From: Halopseudomonas sp.
GTDB taxonomy: Bacteria > Pseudomonadota > Gammaproteobacteria > Pseudomonadales > Pseudomonadaceae
DNA: 64,000 bases
Assembly: GCF_036960865.1 (NCBI RefSeq)
Contig: NZ_JBALWE010000013.1
Location: forward strand, 5,599-69,598
Direction of reading: 5' to 3'
The translations under genes and the position numbers were made by a program. Shown here piece by piece: positions 27,152-36,310 of this stretch (position 1 is its first letter; each line of letters opens with the position of its first letter). The notes under the pieces are model-generated. The model ran no database searches. It worked only from the letters and a program-made list of their open reading frames with translations, and had not been told where the DNA came from.

Positions 27152-29386
27152 CTAGTGTGAATGGCCGCACCCTTCAGCGCGGGCGAAGGGCACCAGGGCC
27201 CAGGTAAAGGCCAGACCCAACAGGCAGGTCAGCCCCAGAAAATGCAGCGCCGGGGTGGCGCTGAAGGCCAGCAAACCGAAGGCCAGCATGCTGGATGCGC
27301 AGGACAGGCTGACCGCCAGCCAGGCGGCCGCGCTATCCGGTTCCTGCGCGCTGAAAATACCGGCATCCAGACCAATCCCCAGCACCAGCAACAGGCCGAG
27401 CAAGTGGAACAGACCTATGCCGCCAGTCAGACTCAGACAGCCCAGCGTCAGCAGTACCGCCCCCAGCGGTGGCAGCAACGCGCGCCAGGCGTCGAGGCGC
27501 AGGCGCCAGACGAGCAACAGCACCAGCAGTGCCACGGCCACCGCCAGCCAGCTTGCCATGCTGTGGGCCAGGCGCGCCAGCTGCGCCGACAGCGCCGCCA
27601 CCCGGTCGTGATACAGCAGATCGTCCGCCGCAGCCAACTGCTGTAACGCCGCGACGCCAGCAGGGCTGGCCTCACCCAGCGCCACTAGCGCCAGCCAGTC
27701 GCCGCTGGCTTGCTGGCCCAGCCAGAGCGCGGCATCGGCCGCTCCTGCCGGGCTGTTCAACCATTGTGCCGGCTGCAGTAGTGGCGCTTGCTCCAGCGCT
27801 GCCAGTGCTTGGTGCTGCAGACGCTCGGGCAAGCCGCTGGCCGCACGCAACGCCGGCAGCGCCTGTTGATAACGCTCGCGCAGCAACCGCTGTGTCTGCT
27901 GCTGCCGGGCAAGCGACGGCAAATGCCGCGCCGCGTGGGTATAGGCCGACAGCTCGCCGCTCGCCTGCAACTGCTGCAAGGGCGCGTCCAGGCTTTCCAG
28001 CCGCTGCAGCAAAGCCTGCTCATCGGCGGCGCTGACCAGCAAGTAACGGCTGCCACCGGGTTGCAACAGCAACGTCTGCACTTGCTGTTGCTCGGCAATC
28101 AGCTGCGGTGGCGAAGGATTGAGCTGTTGCAGGCTGGCGCTGAACTGCACCCGGCTGATCGCCACCAGCGCCAGCAGCAGCAACAGCGCCAGCACCACCC
28201 ACGGCCAACGCTGGCCACGGCGTAGCCGCAGCGGTGCCAGCCGAGCAGCCGCTGCGGCGGTGGCAGGATGCGTCGCCAACGGCCAGTTGACCAGCCACAG
28301 ACGTACCGTCAGCCAGGCACCCAGCAGCCCCAACGCGGCAAAGCAGGCCATCTGACGCAGGCCCGGCATGGGCGTAATCAGCTGTACCAGATAAGCAACT
28401 AGGGTACTTACCAGCCCCAGCAGCAGAGCCGACCAGAAACGCCGGCCCGGTTGCTCGGCGACCAGCTGGCGCTGGCATTGCAAGTGCAGCGCATAGTCCA
28501 CGGCGATGCCGATAATGCTGACGCCGAACACCAGCGTGAGTAGATTGACCTGGCCAAACAGCAGGCCGGTCAGCGGCAGCGCCAGCAACAAGCCGCAGCC
28601 AATCGGTACCAGCAGGAGCTCCAGGGTACGCAAGCGACGAAACACCAGCCAGAACAACAACACCAGCCCCAGCAACGAGGCCAGCCCCAGGGTCGACATC
28701 TCGCGCTGCGCCTGCGCGGCACCAGCCGCGGCATGGAAGATCAGCCCGGAGCGCAATAACTGCGCCCGCGGCCACTGCGCTTGAAACGCTTCCAGGCTAG
28801 CTTGCAATTGCTGCTGCACCGCCAGTTGGTAGGGGCTGGCGCTGATCTCGCCGCTGACCAGTACCCATAACTGGCCATCGTGCTGCAGCGTCGGCAGGCC
28901 TTGGCGCAGACGCAAGGGGCCGTTGAAGCGCTCTTCCAGCCAGCTGTCGAGCAGGCCGAAGGGGTCACGCGTCAGGGTCTCGCTGCCGCCGGGCAGCAGC
29001 AAGCGGTTCAATGCACGGGCCGACCACGCTTGGCTCTCTGCCCCGCGCAGTTGGTCGCTGAGCAGGCTGTAACGGTAATCGGCCAGTTGCTGATCAGGCC
29101 GGTTTGCCGCTTGCGCCCGGCCCAGGCCGGCCGCCTGCAGATGCTGCTGCAGGGACTGCGCAGCCGCCAGGGGCGCCGGCCCGCCAACCAGCAGGACAAA
29201 ACGCTGTTCAAAGGCGCCGCCGAGTTGGCGATCAGCCTGTTGCAGATTGGCACCCTGGTCGCTGGCGGGGAGCAATGCGGTGATGCGCGTATCCCAGAAC
29301 TCGGCGTTACGCAGCTGGCTGACCAGCAGCAGCGCACAGGCCAGCAGCAGCGCAGCCCACAGCCAGGCCAGCGCGCGCCACTTCAA
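27152..29386 (-). CDS. MMPL/RND-like exporter (ApeM-like)
   Basis: 744 aa with two blocks of TM helices separated by large Gln/Leu-rich soluble loops. Only a TTG start is available, forming a TTGA overlap with the LolA-like stop. Confidence 0.75.
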   Translation of the reverse strand: MKWRALAWLWAALLLACALLLVSQLRNAEFWDTRITALLPASDQGANLQQADRQLGGAFEQRFVLLVGGPAPLAAAQSLQQHLQAAGLGRAQAANRPDQQLADYRYSLLSDQLRGAESQAWSARALNRLLLPGGSETLTRDPFGLLDSWLEERFNGPLRLRQGLPTLQHDGQLWVLVSGEISASPYQLAVQQQLQASLEAFQAQWPRAQLLRSGLIFHAAAGAAQAQREMSTLGLASLLGLVLLFWLVFRRLRTLELLLVPIGCGLLLALPLTGLLFGQVNLLTLVFGVSIIGIAVDYALHLQCQRQLVAEQPGRRFWSALLLGLVSTLVAYLVQLITPMPGLRQMACFAALGLLGAWLTVRLWLVNWPLATHPATAAAAARLAPLRLRRGQRWPWVVLALLLLLALVAISRVQFSASLQQLNPSPPQLIAEQQQVQTLLLQPGGSRYLLVSAADEQALLQRLESLDAPLQQLQASGELSAYTHAARHLPSLARQQQTQRLLRERYQQALPALRAASGLPERLQHQALAALEQAPLLQPAQWLNSPAGAADAALWLGQQASGDWLALVALGEASPAGVAALQQLAAADDLLYHDRVAALSAQLARLAHSMASWLAVAVALLVLLLVWRLRLDAWRALLPPLGAVLLTLGCLSLTGGIGLFHLLGLLLVLGIGLDAGIFSAQEPDSAAAWLAVSLSCASSMLAFGLLAFSATPALHFLGLTCLLGLAFTWALVPFARAEGCGHSH

Positions 29387-29928
29387 GGCGCGCTACTGGC
29401 GCCGGGCAGCGCGGCGCAATCGGCGGCGCTGAGCTGCAGGGTCATACGGTCACCGGAGACAAAGTCGATCTGCAACTGCTCAACCTGCTCGCCTCCACGC
29501 ACCTGCAGCAGCTGCAGTCGCTCGGCTACCGCATCATCGATGGGGGTCAACTCCGCGCGCCAGTCGCTCAGCTCGCCCTGCAACTGCAGCGCAAAGTGCT
29601 GCTGCAGCGCGGCCCAGTCGCCACCCAACAGGCCGGTAAGCACCGGCAATATGACCTGATAGGCCAGAGGCATGTCGGGGTTGTCGGCGTTCAGCACGAG
29701 TCGGCTGTCGACCGGGGTCAGTGTGTGCCACACCAGCCCCTGCTCGCTGCGTTGAAAGTAGCCGCTGCTGGCCAGCTCGGCCTCCAGATCGGCCAGCCAG
29801 CGGGTCTGCGCAAAATGGCTGCATTGCGGGCTGTGCTCGGCCAGTTGTGCGCCCAGCGTTGTGCTATCCAGTTCTGCCACAGCGGACAGGCTGAACAACA
29901 TGGCGGCCCACAGCAGCAAGTGACGCAT
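29383..29928 (-). CDS. LolA-like outer-membrane lipoprotein-carrier-family protein (ApeL-like)
   Basis: The signal peptide is MRHLLLWAAMLFSLSAVA. Size and position between the thioesterase and MMPL genes fit this family. Confidence 0.65.
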   Translation of the reverse strand: MRHLLLWAAMLFSLSAVAELDSTTLGAQLAEHSPQCSHFAQTRWLADLEAELASSGYFQRSEQGLVWHTLTPVDSRLVLNADNPDMPLAYQVILPVLTGLLGGDWAALQQHFALQLQGELSDWRAELTPIDDAVAERLQLLQVRGGEQVEQLQIDFVSGDRMTLQLSAADCAALPGASSAP

Positions 29929-30368
29929 CAGCTGTTCCTCTGTTGCCAGGCGGCAATCTTCTCGCGCAGCACGGCGGGTGACTCAAAACGCATTTCCCGA
30001 TCCTCCACGCCCACCGCTACCTGCACCGTCCAGGCGCGATTGAGCCGCTTGCGTGTCTCGGCATCACGGATGGTGTAATCGATCTTCAGGCGGTTTTCCC
30101 ATTCACTGAGCCGCGCCTCGATGGCGATCTGCTGGGTAAATACCGCTGGCGCCGCGTAGCGCAGGCGCATGTCGATGACCGGCCAGCCGAAACCGGAGTC
30201 GCGCATCTGGTTGTAGTTGTAATCCAGCTCGTCGAGCAGCGCGCAGCGGGCGATTTCCAGGTAGCGCACGTAATGCCCGTGCCAGACGATCTGCATCATA
30301 TCCACATCGTGAAAGGGGATGGTCAGGCAGATTTCGGCACGCGGCAGCGGGTGTTCAGCAGGCGTCAT
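29928..30368 (-). CDS. 4HBT/YbgC-type acyl-CoA/ACP thioesterase (ApeK-like)
   Basis: IPFHDVDMMQIVWHGHYVRYLE carries the catalytic Asp of the hotdog 4HBT class. 146 aa. Confidence 0.8.
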   Translation of the reverse strand: MTPAEHPLPRAEICLTIPFHDVDMMQIVWHGHYVRYLEIARCALLDELDYNYNQMRDSGFGWPVIDMRLRYAAPAVFTQQIAIEARLSEWENRLKIDYTIRDAETRKRLNRAWTVQVAVGVEDREMRFESPAVLREKIAAWQQRNS

Positions 30369-31923
30369 AGAGGCTCCAGTGGCGTTGCAAAATCAGGCCG
30401 CACAGGTGGCGCAGGTCACTTTCCAGCGCACGGTCCTCAAACAAGGGGGCGACCTGCTCGCGGCACTCGGCGACAAACTCGGCCAACTGAGCCGGCAGTG
30501 GCGCGGAGTCGGGCAGGCTGCTGCGCTGCTCGACGCCCTGGCAGACAGCGTGCAGCATGGCCGCGGCGACCTGCTCGACCAGGGTCAGCACCCGCAATGC
30601 ATCCCGCGCCGCGATGGTGCCCATGCTGACCTTGTCCTGATTGTGACATTCAGTGGAGCGCGAGAACACACTGGCGGGCATGGTTAATTTGAGTGCTTCG
30701 GCGGTCCAGGCCGAGGCGCCGATCTGCACCGCCTTGTAACCGTGATTGAGCGGCGCGCGCGCGGCGCTGGCGCCACTGAGGTTGGCGGGTAGGCCGTGGC
30801 TGAAGCGAGTATCCACCAGCTGCGCCAATTGACGGTCGAGCAGATCGGCAAGATTAGCCACCGCCTGCTTCAAACTGTCCATGACAAAGGCCACATGGCC
30901 GCCGTAGAAGTGACCGCCGTGCATTACCTTGCCGCCCTCGACGTCGATCAGCGGGTTGTCGTTGGCGCTGTTCAGTTCGGTTTCCAGCAGTTGCCGCCAG
31001 AAAGGCAGCGCATCGGCCACAACACCGATGACGTGCGGCGCGCAGCGGGTGGAATAACGATCCTGCAGGCGGGGCGAGTTGCGCGGGGTGGCCGGCGCGT
31101 GCAGATCTTCGCGCAGCCGCGCGGCGACCTGCGCCTGGCCGGGATGCGGCTTGGCGCGAAACAGGGTCTCGTCAAAGTGATAGGGATTGCCATCCAGCGC
31201 ATACACGCTGAGCGCGGTGATCCGGGTACTGAGCTGCGCCAGATACTCGGTGCGCGCAAAGGCCTGCAGCGCCAGCGCGGTCATCACGGCGGTGCCGTTC
31301 ATCAGCGCCAGGCCTTCCTTGGGCTTGAGCCGGTAGGGGGTCAGGCCACGCTCGGCGAACACCTCGGCGGTGGCGCGGCGCTCACCCTCAACCCAGACCT
31401 CGCGCTCACCACAGAGCACCGCCGCCAGGTAGGACAGCGGCGTCAGATCGCCACTGGCACCCACCGAACCCTCCTCCGGAATGACCGGCAGCACATCCTG
31501 CTCCAGCAGCCAGGCCAGACGTTCCAACAAGTCCCAGCTAACCCCGGAATAGCCCTGACACAGCGATACCAGGCGCACCATGACCACCGCCCGCGACGCC
31601 TCAACCGAGAGCACCTGCCCCAGGCCGCAACCGTGGAAGGTATACAGGTGCTGCGGCAGCTCGCCCAGCACCTCGGCCGGCACCGCGCGGGTGCAGGAGT
31701 CGCCGTACCCGGTGGTGACGCCGTAGATCACGCCGTCTTCGGCCAGCAGTTGTTCAAGAAAGCGGTTGCCGGCGCTGATGCGCTCGCGGAACGCCGGCTC
31801 GGCCGACAGCGCCACGCGGCAGTCGCGCCGGGCTACGGCCAGCACCTGCTCGATGCTCAGCGGGCTGCCGTCGAGGTGCAGGCAGGCGGGCGCGGTGTCA
31901 GTGCGGGTGTTTGTCAGACTCAT
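30355..31923 (-). CDS. Aromatic amino acid ammonia-lyase (HAL/TAL/PAL family, MIO-dependent)
   Basis: The MIO-forming triad Ala-Ser-Gly lies in GSVGASGDLTPLSYLA (nt 31450-31458). YGVTTGYGD and NDNPL are present. Start at ATG 31923. Confidence 0.85.
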   Translation of the reverse strand: MSLTNTRTDTAPACLHLDGSPLSIEQVLAVARRDCRVALSAEPAFRERISAGNRFLEQLLAEDGVIYGVTTGYGDSCTRAVPAEVLGELPQHLYTFHGCGLGQVLSVEASRAVVMVRLVSLCQGYSGVSWDLLERLAWLLEQDVLPVIPEEGSVGASGDLTPLSYLAAVLCGEREVWVEGERRATAEVFAERGLTPYRLKPKEGLALMNGTAVMTALALQAFARTEYLAQLSTRITALSVYALDGNPYHFDETLFRAKPHPGQAQVAARLREDLHAPATPRNSPRLQDRYSTRCAPHVIGVVADALPFWRQLLETELNSANDNPLIDVEGGKVMHGGHFYGGHVAFVMDSLKQAVANLADLLDRQLAQLVDTRFSHGLPANLSGASAARAPLNHGYKAVQIGASAWTAEALKLTMPASVFSRSTECHNQDKVSMGTIAARDALRVLTLVEQVAAAMLHAVCQGVEQRSSLPDSAPLPAQLAEFVAECREQVAPLFEDRALESDLRHLCGLILQRHWSLYDAC

Positions 31924-32839
31924 GTTTCTCAGCCAACCAGAAAGGGAAAAAGTTGTACCACTGCAGCGGCTGCTCGCGCACCCAGCCGGCGAGGGTATCG
32001 GCATAACGCTGCATGGCAACGGCCAACCATTGCTCGCGCGCCTTGCGCGGCAACTGGCGGGTGTCATCGAAAGCGGCAAAACGGATGCGGAAGCGCTCGC
32101 CGACGCGCACGCACGACAGGGTGTATAGCGGGCAGCGCAGCAAGGCGGCGAGCCAGAACGGACCCTCCGGGAAGGTCGCCGGAGCGCCGAGAAAGTTCAG
32201 CGTGCGCTGCCGGCCGCCATTGATCGGCGGCCGGTCGGCGGCAATCACCACGAAGCCACCCGCAGCAATGCGCGCATCAAGCATTTGCGCGGTGGCCGGG
32301 GTGATTTCAGTCACTTCGAGAATCTGTGGCCTTGGCCGTCCCGTCACGCGCTCCAGCAGCAGGTTGAACTTGCCAGCGTTGCGCGTATGCATGAGCACCA
32401 GCAGATCCAGCTGCGGATGCCGCTCGGCCATGGCGTTGGCGATGTCCAGATTACCGTGATGCGCCACCAGTACCAGCCCGCCCTGGCCGCTCTCCAGCGC
32501 CTGCGCAAAGCGCGCAACGCCGTCGCCGCACAGGTGTGCGTCGGTAACTGGCGCGCTCCAGCCTGCGACCTTGTCCATCAGCGTATTACCGAAGCTCATA
32601 AAGTGCCGGAAGCTGCGCCAGTGCAGCTGAACCGGCCGCCTTGCCAGCGCCGGCTCCAGCCGCCGCCAATAGTCGCAGGACGCCCGCCTTGCGGTGCCGT
32701 GGCTGAGGAAATACCAGAGCATCACCGGCCAGAGCACCAGCTGAAAGGGCCAGCGGCCCAGATGACGCTGAATCCACACCAGCAGCTGCATACCCAGCAG
32801 GCTGCCGCGCTCGCCGATCTGCGCCCAATGCTGGCTCAT
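31898..32839 (-). CDS. LpxL/HtrB-family lipid acyltransferase-like protein
   Basis: 313 aa with an N-terminal TM segment. It contains HHGNLD (HX4D-like acyltransferase motif). ATGA overlap with the GT2 stop. Confidence 0.65.
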   Translation of the reverse strand: MSQHWAQIGERGSLLGMQLLVWIQRHLGRWPFQLVLWPVMLWYFLSHGTARRASCDYWRRLEPALARRPVQLHWRSFRHFMSFGNTLMDKVAGWSAPVTDAHLCGDGVARFAQALESGQGGLVLVAHHGNLDIANAMAERHPQLDLLVLMHTRNAGKFNLLLERVTGRPRPQILEVTEITPATAQMLDARIAAGGFVVIAADRPPINGGRQRTLNFLGAPATFPEGPFWLAALLRCPLYTLSCVRVGERFRIRFAAFDDTRQLPRKAREQWLAVAMQRYADTLAGWVREQPLQWYNFFPFWLAEKHESDKHPH

Positions 32840-33576
32840 GCGCGCGTCCTGCCGCGCAGTAGCCAGCCGGGCGCACGGCGCAACATGCCAAAAAACAGCC
32901 GCGCATGCATGGCCGAGATCTGCAGGTTATCGCGCCACAGGTTGAAGTGGCTGACGCCGCCCTCGGGGTAATGCACATGCACCGGCAGGTTGATCACTGC
33001 CCCGCCGCGCCAGTGCCAGCGCACCAGCACCTCGGTATCGAAGGCCATGCGGTTACCGCAGGGCTGCGTTGCCAGCAGGCGATTGACCGCTGCCAACGGG
33101 TAGATGCGCGCGCCACACATGGAGTCGCGGATAGCCAGAGACAGGGTGTTGATCCAGACCCAGATGTGGGTCGCGTAGCGGCCATAAAAACGCAGCCGCG
33201 AGACGCTTTCATCATAATGCGGATAGCCGATTACCAGGGCCTGCGGCTGTGCCTGCATGGCCGCCAGAAAGCCCGGCAGATCGGCGACCGCGTGCTGGCC
33301 GTCGGCGTCTACCTGCAGGGCATGACTGTAGCCAAGCCGCTCGGCGTGGGCTAAGCCGGCCCGCACGGCGGCCCCCTTGCCCTGGTTGTGCGGCAACCGC
33401 AGCAAGTGATGACCGGCGACTTGCAGCTGATCCAGCACGCTGGCGCACTCGGCGTCGCAGCCGTCGTCAACCAGCAGTACCGGCAAGCCCAGCTGCTGCA
33501 GCTGGGCACAGACCGCTGCGATGGTCGCCGGATGGTTGTAGACCGGAATCAGCGCGCAGACTGCAGGCGTCTTCAT
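32836..33576 (-). CDS. Family 2 glycosyltransferase (ApeJ-like)
   Basis: LIPVYNHPATI, LLVDDGCD and QVDADGQH (DxD-type) motifs. Start at ATG 33576 with an ATGA overlap. Confidence 0.8.
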   Translation of the reverse strand: MKTPAVCALIPVYNHPATIAAVCAQLQQLGLPVLLVDDGCDAECASVLDQLQVAGHHLLRLPHNQGKGAAVRAGLAHAERLGYSHALQVDADGQHAVADLPGFLAAMQAQPQALVIGYPHYDESVSRLRFYGRYATHIWVWINTLSLAIRDSMCGARIYPLAAVNRLLATQPCGNRMAFDTEVLVRWHWRGGAVINLPVHVHYPEGGVSHFNLWRDNLQISAMHARLFFGMLRRAPGWLLRGRTRA

Positions 33577-35255
33577 GCCTGCGCACCTGCAGCAGGCAGA
33601 AAGCGCGCGGTGGCCGTGCAGTGACGGCCGGCCGCGGATTGCAGCGTAAAGGTCACCGCATCCGGCTTGCGCGCCAACGTGAGCTGAAAACGCATGCCGG
33701 GGCGCAGCATGGTCTGAAATTTCAGGCGCTCCAGCCGGTGAAACTGCCCCAACGGACCAAAACTCTGCTCCGCAGTCTGCAGCGCCCACCGAATCATCAC
33801 CACGCCCGGCACCAGGGCGAAACTGTTGAAGTGACCGCGCAGATAAATCAGCCGTTCAGGCACTTCAAAATGCTGGCAGCAATGCTCGGCATCCTGCCAC
33901 TGCTCACCCAGCCAGCGCGGCAGGCGGTCGTCGTCCAGATCGGCGAACAGCCGCGCGATCAGCGCACGGTCCAGCTTGCCTTGCGCGTTGCTCGGCAGTT
34001 GCTCGACAAAACGCCAGTAGCGCGGCAGCGCGACGCGCTCCAACTGATCGGCCAGCAAAGTACGCAGGCGCTCAGTCAGCGCACGGCGCGCCGCGTGATC
34101 CTGCGGCACGCCGTCTGCGGGCATGGCAACCACTACGCCAAGCCGGCCATCGGCGCGGCCCGGATCCACGCAGCGCGCCGCCGTTATCTCAGGCACCTGC
34201 AGCAGGCGCTGTTCAATCTGCTCCAGCGACACCCGTTTGCCGGCCACCTTGGCGACCCGGTCTCCGCGACCCAACAAAACAAAGCCGCCATCCTGTTGTG
34301 CCACCCTGTCGGCCTGCTGCCAGCCCAGCGCCGGTTGCTCCAGAAACGGTGAATGCAGCAGCAAGGCATCGTCCACTATCTGCCAGTCGACACTCGGCAG
34401 CGCCTGCCAGACGCCCGATGCGCTCTGTTGCCGCTGGGCGATGCCGCCGGTTTCGGTACTACCGTAAATTTCGATTACCGGCGCCTGCAGCAAGGCCTCC
34501 GCTTGCTGGGCGTGGGCCAGCTGCAAGGGTGCTCCGGAGGAGAAAATGCGCCGTGGCGAACCGGCCGCGGCCCAATCAATGTGATCTGGCAGGCGCGACA
34601 GCGGCGCCGGCGAACTGACCACGACCGCTGCCAGCGCGGCGCTCTGCGCCTCACTCAGACGTGCTGCCAGCACCTCGGGGTAAAGGGCGTCGCGGCCGCA
34701 AAAGGGCACGCCGGCGCAGAGCGGATGCAGCACGCCGGCCAGCAAGCCGTAGATGTGCTGGTGGCTGACCTGCGCAATCACCGCCGCGCCGGCCAGCGGC
34801 CAGAGCCGCGCATGCACCGCCAACTCGCTGTCGAGCTGATCAAAACGCTTGCTCAGGCGCAGCGGCAGCCCTGTGGAGCCCGAGGTGTAGAGCGCCAGCG
34901 CGATGGCTTGCGGGGCGAGCGGTGACAGTTGCGCGGGTTCAAGCTCGGCACTGTCCGGGGCGCTGGCTGGCAGTTGTCCGTCCAACTCGGCGGCGATGGC
35001 CTGCAGGGTCTCCGGTCGATCATCGGCCGGTAGCACGGCGACCCGTCCGCTATCCCAGAGCGCCAAGAGCGCAGCGGTAAACTGTAGTGGATCAGGCTGA
35101 TGCAGCAGCCATTGGCCGCCGGGCTTGTCGGCCAACCAGTGCAACCAGCGCCGCCGCAGCGTCAGCAACGCGGGCCCTTGGCACCAGTGCGCGGGTAACT
35201 CGGCGGCAGCCGTTGGTTGCAGCCAGGGCCGCTCGATCAAGGGTTGAAAACTCAT
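33573..35255 (-). CDS. AMP-dependent ligase/adenylating enzyme fused to a C-terminal hotdog dehydratase-like domain (ApeH + ApeI-like)
   Basis: Adenylation cores are LYTSGSTGLP and YGSTETGG. The C-terminal roughly 130 aa (IYLRGHFNSFALVPGVVMI...) resembles the FabZ/FabA His region. ATGA overlaps occur at both ends. Confidence 0.75.
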   Translation of the reverse strand: MSFQPLIERPWLQPTAAAELPAHWCQGPALLTLRRRWLHWLADKPGGQWLLHQPDPLQFTAALLALWDSGRVAVLPADDRPETLQAIAAELDGQLPASAPDSAELEPAQLSPLAPQAIALALYTSGSTGLPLRLSKRFDQLDSELAVHARLWPLAGAAVIAQVSHQHIYGLLAGVLHPLCAGVPFCGRDALYPEVLAARLSEAQSAALAAVVVSSPAPLSRLPDHIDWAAAGSPRRIFSSGAPLQLAHAQQAEALLQAPVIEIYGSTETGGIAQRQQSASGVWQALPSVDWQIVDDALLLHSPFLEQPALGWQQADRVAQQDGGFVLLGRGDRVAKVAGKRVSLEQIEQRLLQVPEITAARCVDPGRADGRLGVVVAMPADGVPQDHAARRALTERLRTLLADQLERVALPRYWRFVEQLPSNAQGKLDRALIARLFADLDDDRLPRWLGEQWQDAEHCCQHFEVPERLIYLRGHFNSFALVPGVVMIRWALQTAEQSFGPLGQFHRLERLKFQTMLRPGMRFQLTLARKPDAVTFTLQSAAGRHCTATARFLPAAGAQA

Positions 35256-35788
35256 GTCAGCCCCCGGCGCAGGCGGCGACGGCAGAGCCACTCGACGGCG
35301 AACATCAGCCCCATCAGCAGGTAGCTGATGCAACCGTTATACAGCGTCCAGGTGGCGAGATCGGCGTACACCGCGGTCCAGGCCGCGATACTGCCGTTGA
35401 CGATGAAAAAGCCACACCAGGCCCAGGTGACCTTGCGCGTGTACCGCACCCCCTCAGGGGGCAAGTCAGGTTCCTGCAGGCGCGCCAGCCGCTCGATGAT
35501 CGGCATGCCGTGCAGCAGGCTGCCGGCAAATAACGCCAGCATGATCAGGCTGACCGCCACCGGGTAGGCACGCATGCCCAGCTCGGCCTTGCCGAGCAAA
35601 CCGAGCAGCAGTAATACGGCGGCGGCCAGCAGCGCCAATGGCCGTGCCTGTGGCAGACGCCACACCAGCAAGCCCGCCCCCACCAGCAACAGCCAGCCGC
35701 TGGGCACCTGCCCGTGCAGCGCATAGACCGCAAAGGGCCAGGCGATCAGGGCGAGCATCCCTGCCCACTTCAGCATCCGATAAACCAT
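35252..35788 (-). CDS. Conserved polytopic membrane protein (ApeG-like)
   Basis: 178 aa with 5-6 hydrophobic helices. It sits between the ACPs and the AMP-ligase. Confidence 0.6.
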   Translation of the reverse strand: MVYRMLKWAGMLALIAWPFAVYALHGQVPSGWLLLVGAGLLVWRLPQARPLALLAAAVLLLLGLLGKAELGMRAYPVAVSLIMLALFAGSLLHGMPIIERLARLQEPDLPPEGVRYTRKVTWAWCGFFIVNGSIAAWTAVYADLATWTLYNGCISYLLMGLMFAVEWLCRRRLRRGLT

Positions 35789-35790
35789 TG

Positions 35791-36051
35791 TCAGAGCTGC
35801 ATGATGCGGTCAACGGCGTTGACTACGTCGTCGATGGTGCGCACCGACTTGAAGTCTTCAGGGTTCAGGCGTTTGCCGGTGTAGCGCTTGAGTTCGACAA
35901 CCAGGTCAACGGCATCAATGCTGTCGATATCCAGGTCTTCGTAGAGGCGCGCTTCGGGGGTAATCTCATCCGCGTCCAGCTCGAACAGCTCCACCAGAGT
36001 CTTGCGCACCTGCGCGAACGTCGCCTCGCGGCTTGGTGATTCAGTTGACAC
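35791..36051 (-). CDS. Acyl carrier protein (second of tandem pair)
   Basis: LDIDSIDAVDL is the phosphopantetheine-Ser motif. A GTG start at 36051 behind GAGGAA is preferred over the upstream start in the track. Confidence 0.8.
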   Translation of the reverse strand: MSTESPSREATFAQVRKTLVELFELDADEITPEARLYEDLDIDSIDAVDLVVELKRYTGKRLNPEDFKSVRTIDDVVNAVDRIMQL

Positions 36052-36310
36052 GGCGTTCCTCCACGAGCGCTTGCAGAGCATTCAGGCTGGTGAAGTGCTG
36101 GCGGGTTTCTTCGGCCTCGGCATCCAGTTTGATGCCGTACTGCTTTTGCAGGGCCAAACCGATTTCCAGCGCGTCGATGGAATCCAAGCCCAGGCCTTCG
36201 CCAAACAGCGGCGCATCGGGCTCGATATCGTCAGGGGTGATGTCTTCGAGCTCAAGCGTTTCGATAATCATCCGCTTCAATTCCAGCGACAAATCTTGGG
36301 TTTCGCTCAT
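36041..36310 (-). CDS. Acyl carrier protein (first of tandem pair)
   Basis: LGLDSIDALEI motif. ATG at 36310 (MSETQDLSLELKRMI...). Confidence 0.85.
   Translation of the reverse strand: MSETQDLSLELKRMIIETLELEDITPDDIEPDAPLFGEGLGLDSIDALEIGLALQKQYGIKLDAEAEETRQHFTSLNALQALVEERRVN

Noticed and set aside
30796-32223. 475-aa plus-strand ORF, with similar antisense ORFs at 33249-34352, 36033-37259 and 34353-34925
   Set aside because: They are antisense to motif-bearing genes of the PKS cluster (ammonia-lyase, GT2/AMP-ligase, acyltransferase). Their composition is Arg/Ala/Gly/Pro-rich with no motifs.
36252-36310. The 59-nt overlap between the PlsC-like acyltransferase and the first ACP as a frameshift or pseudogene
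   Set aside because: Both reading frames are intact and both products have complete motifs. The tail is most simply a late stop in a high-GC frame. This cannot be resolved without homologue alignment.
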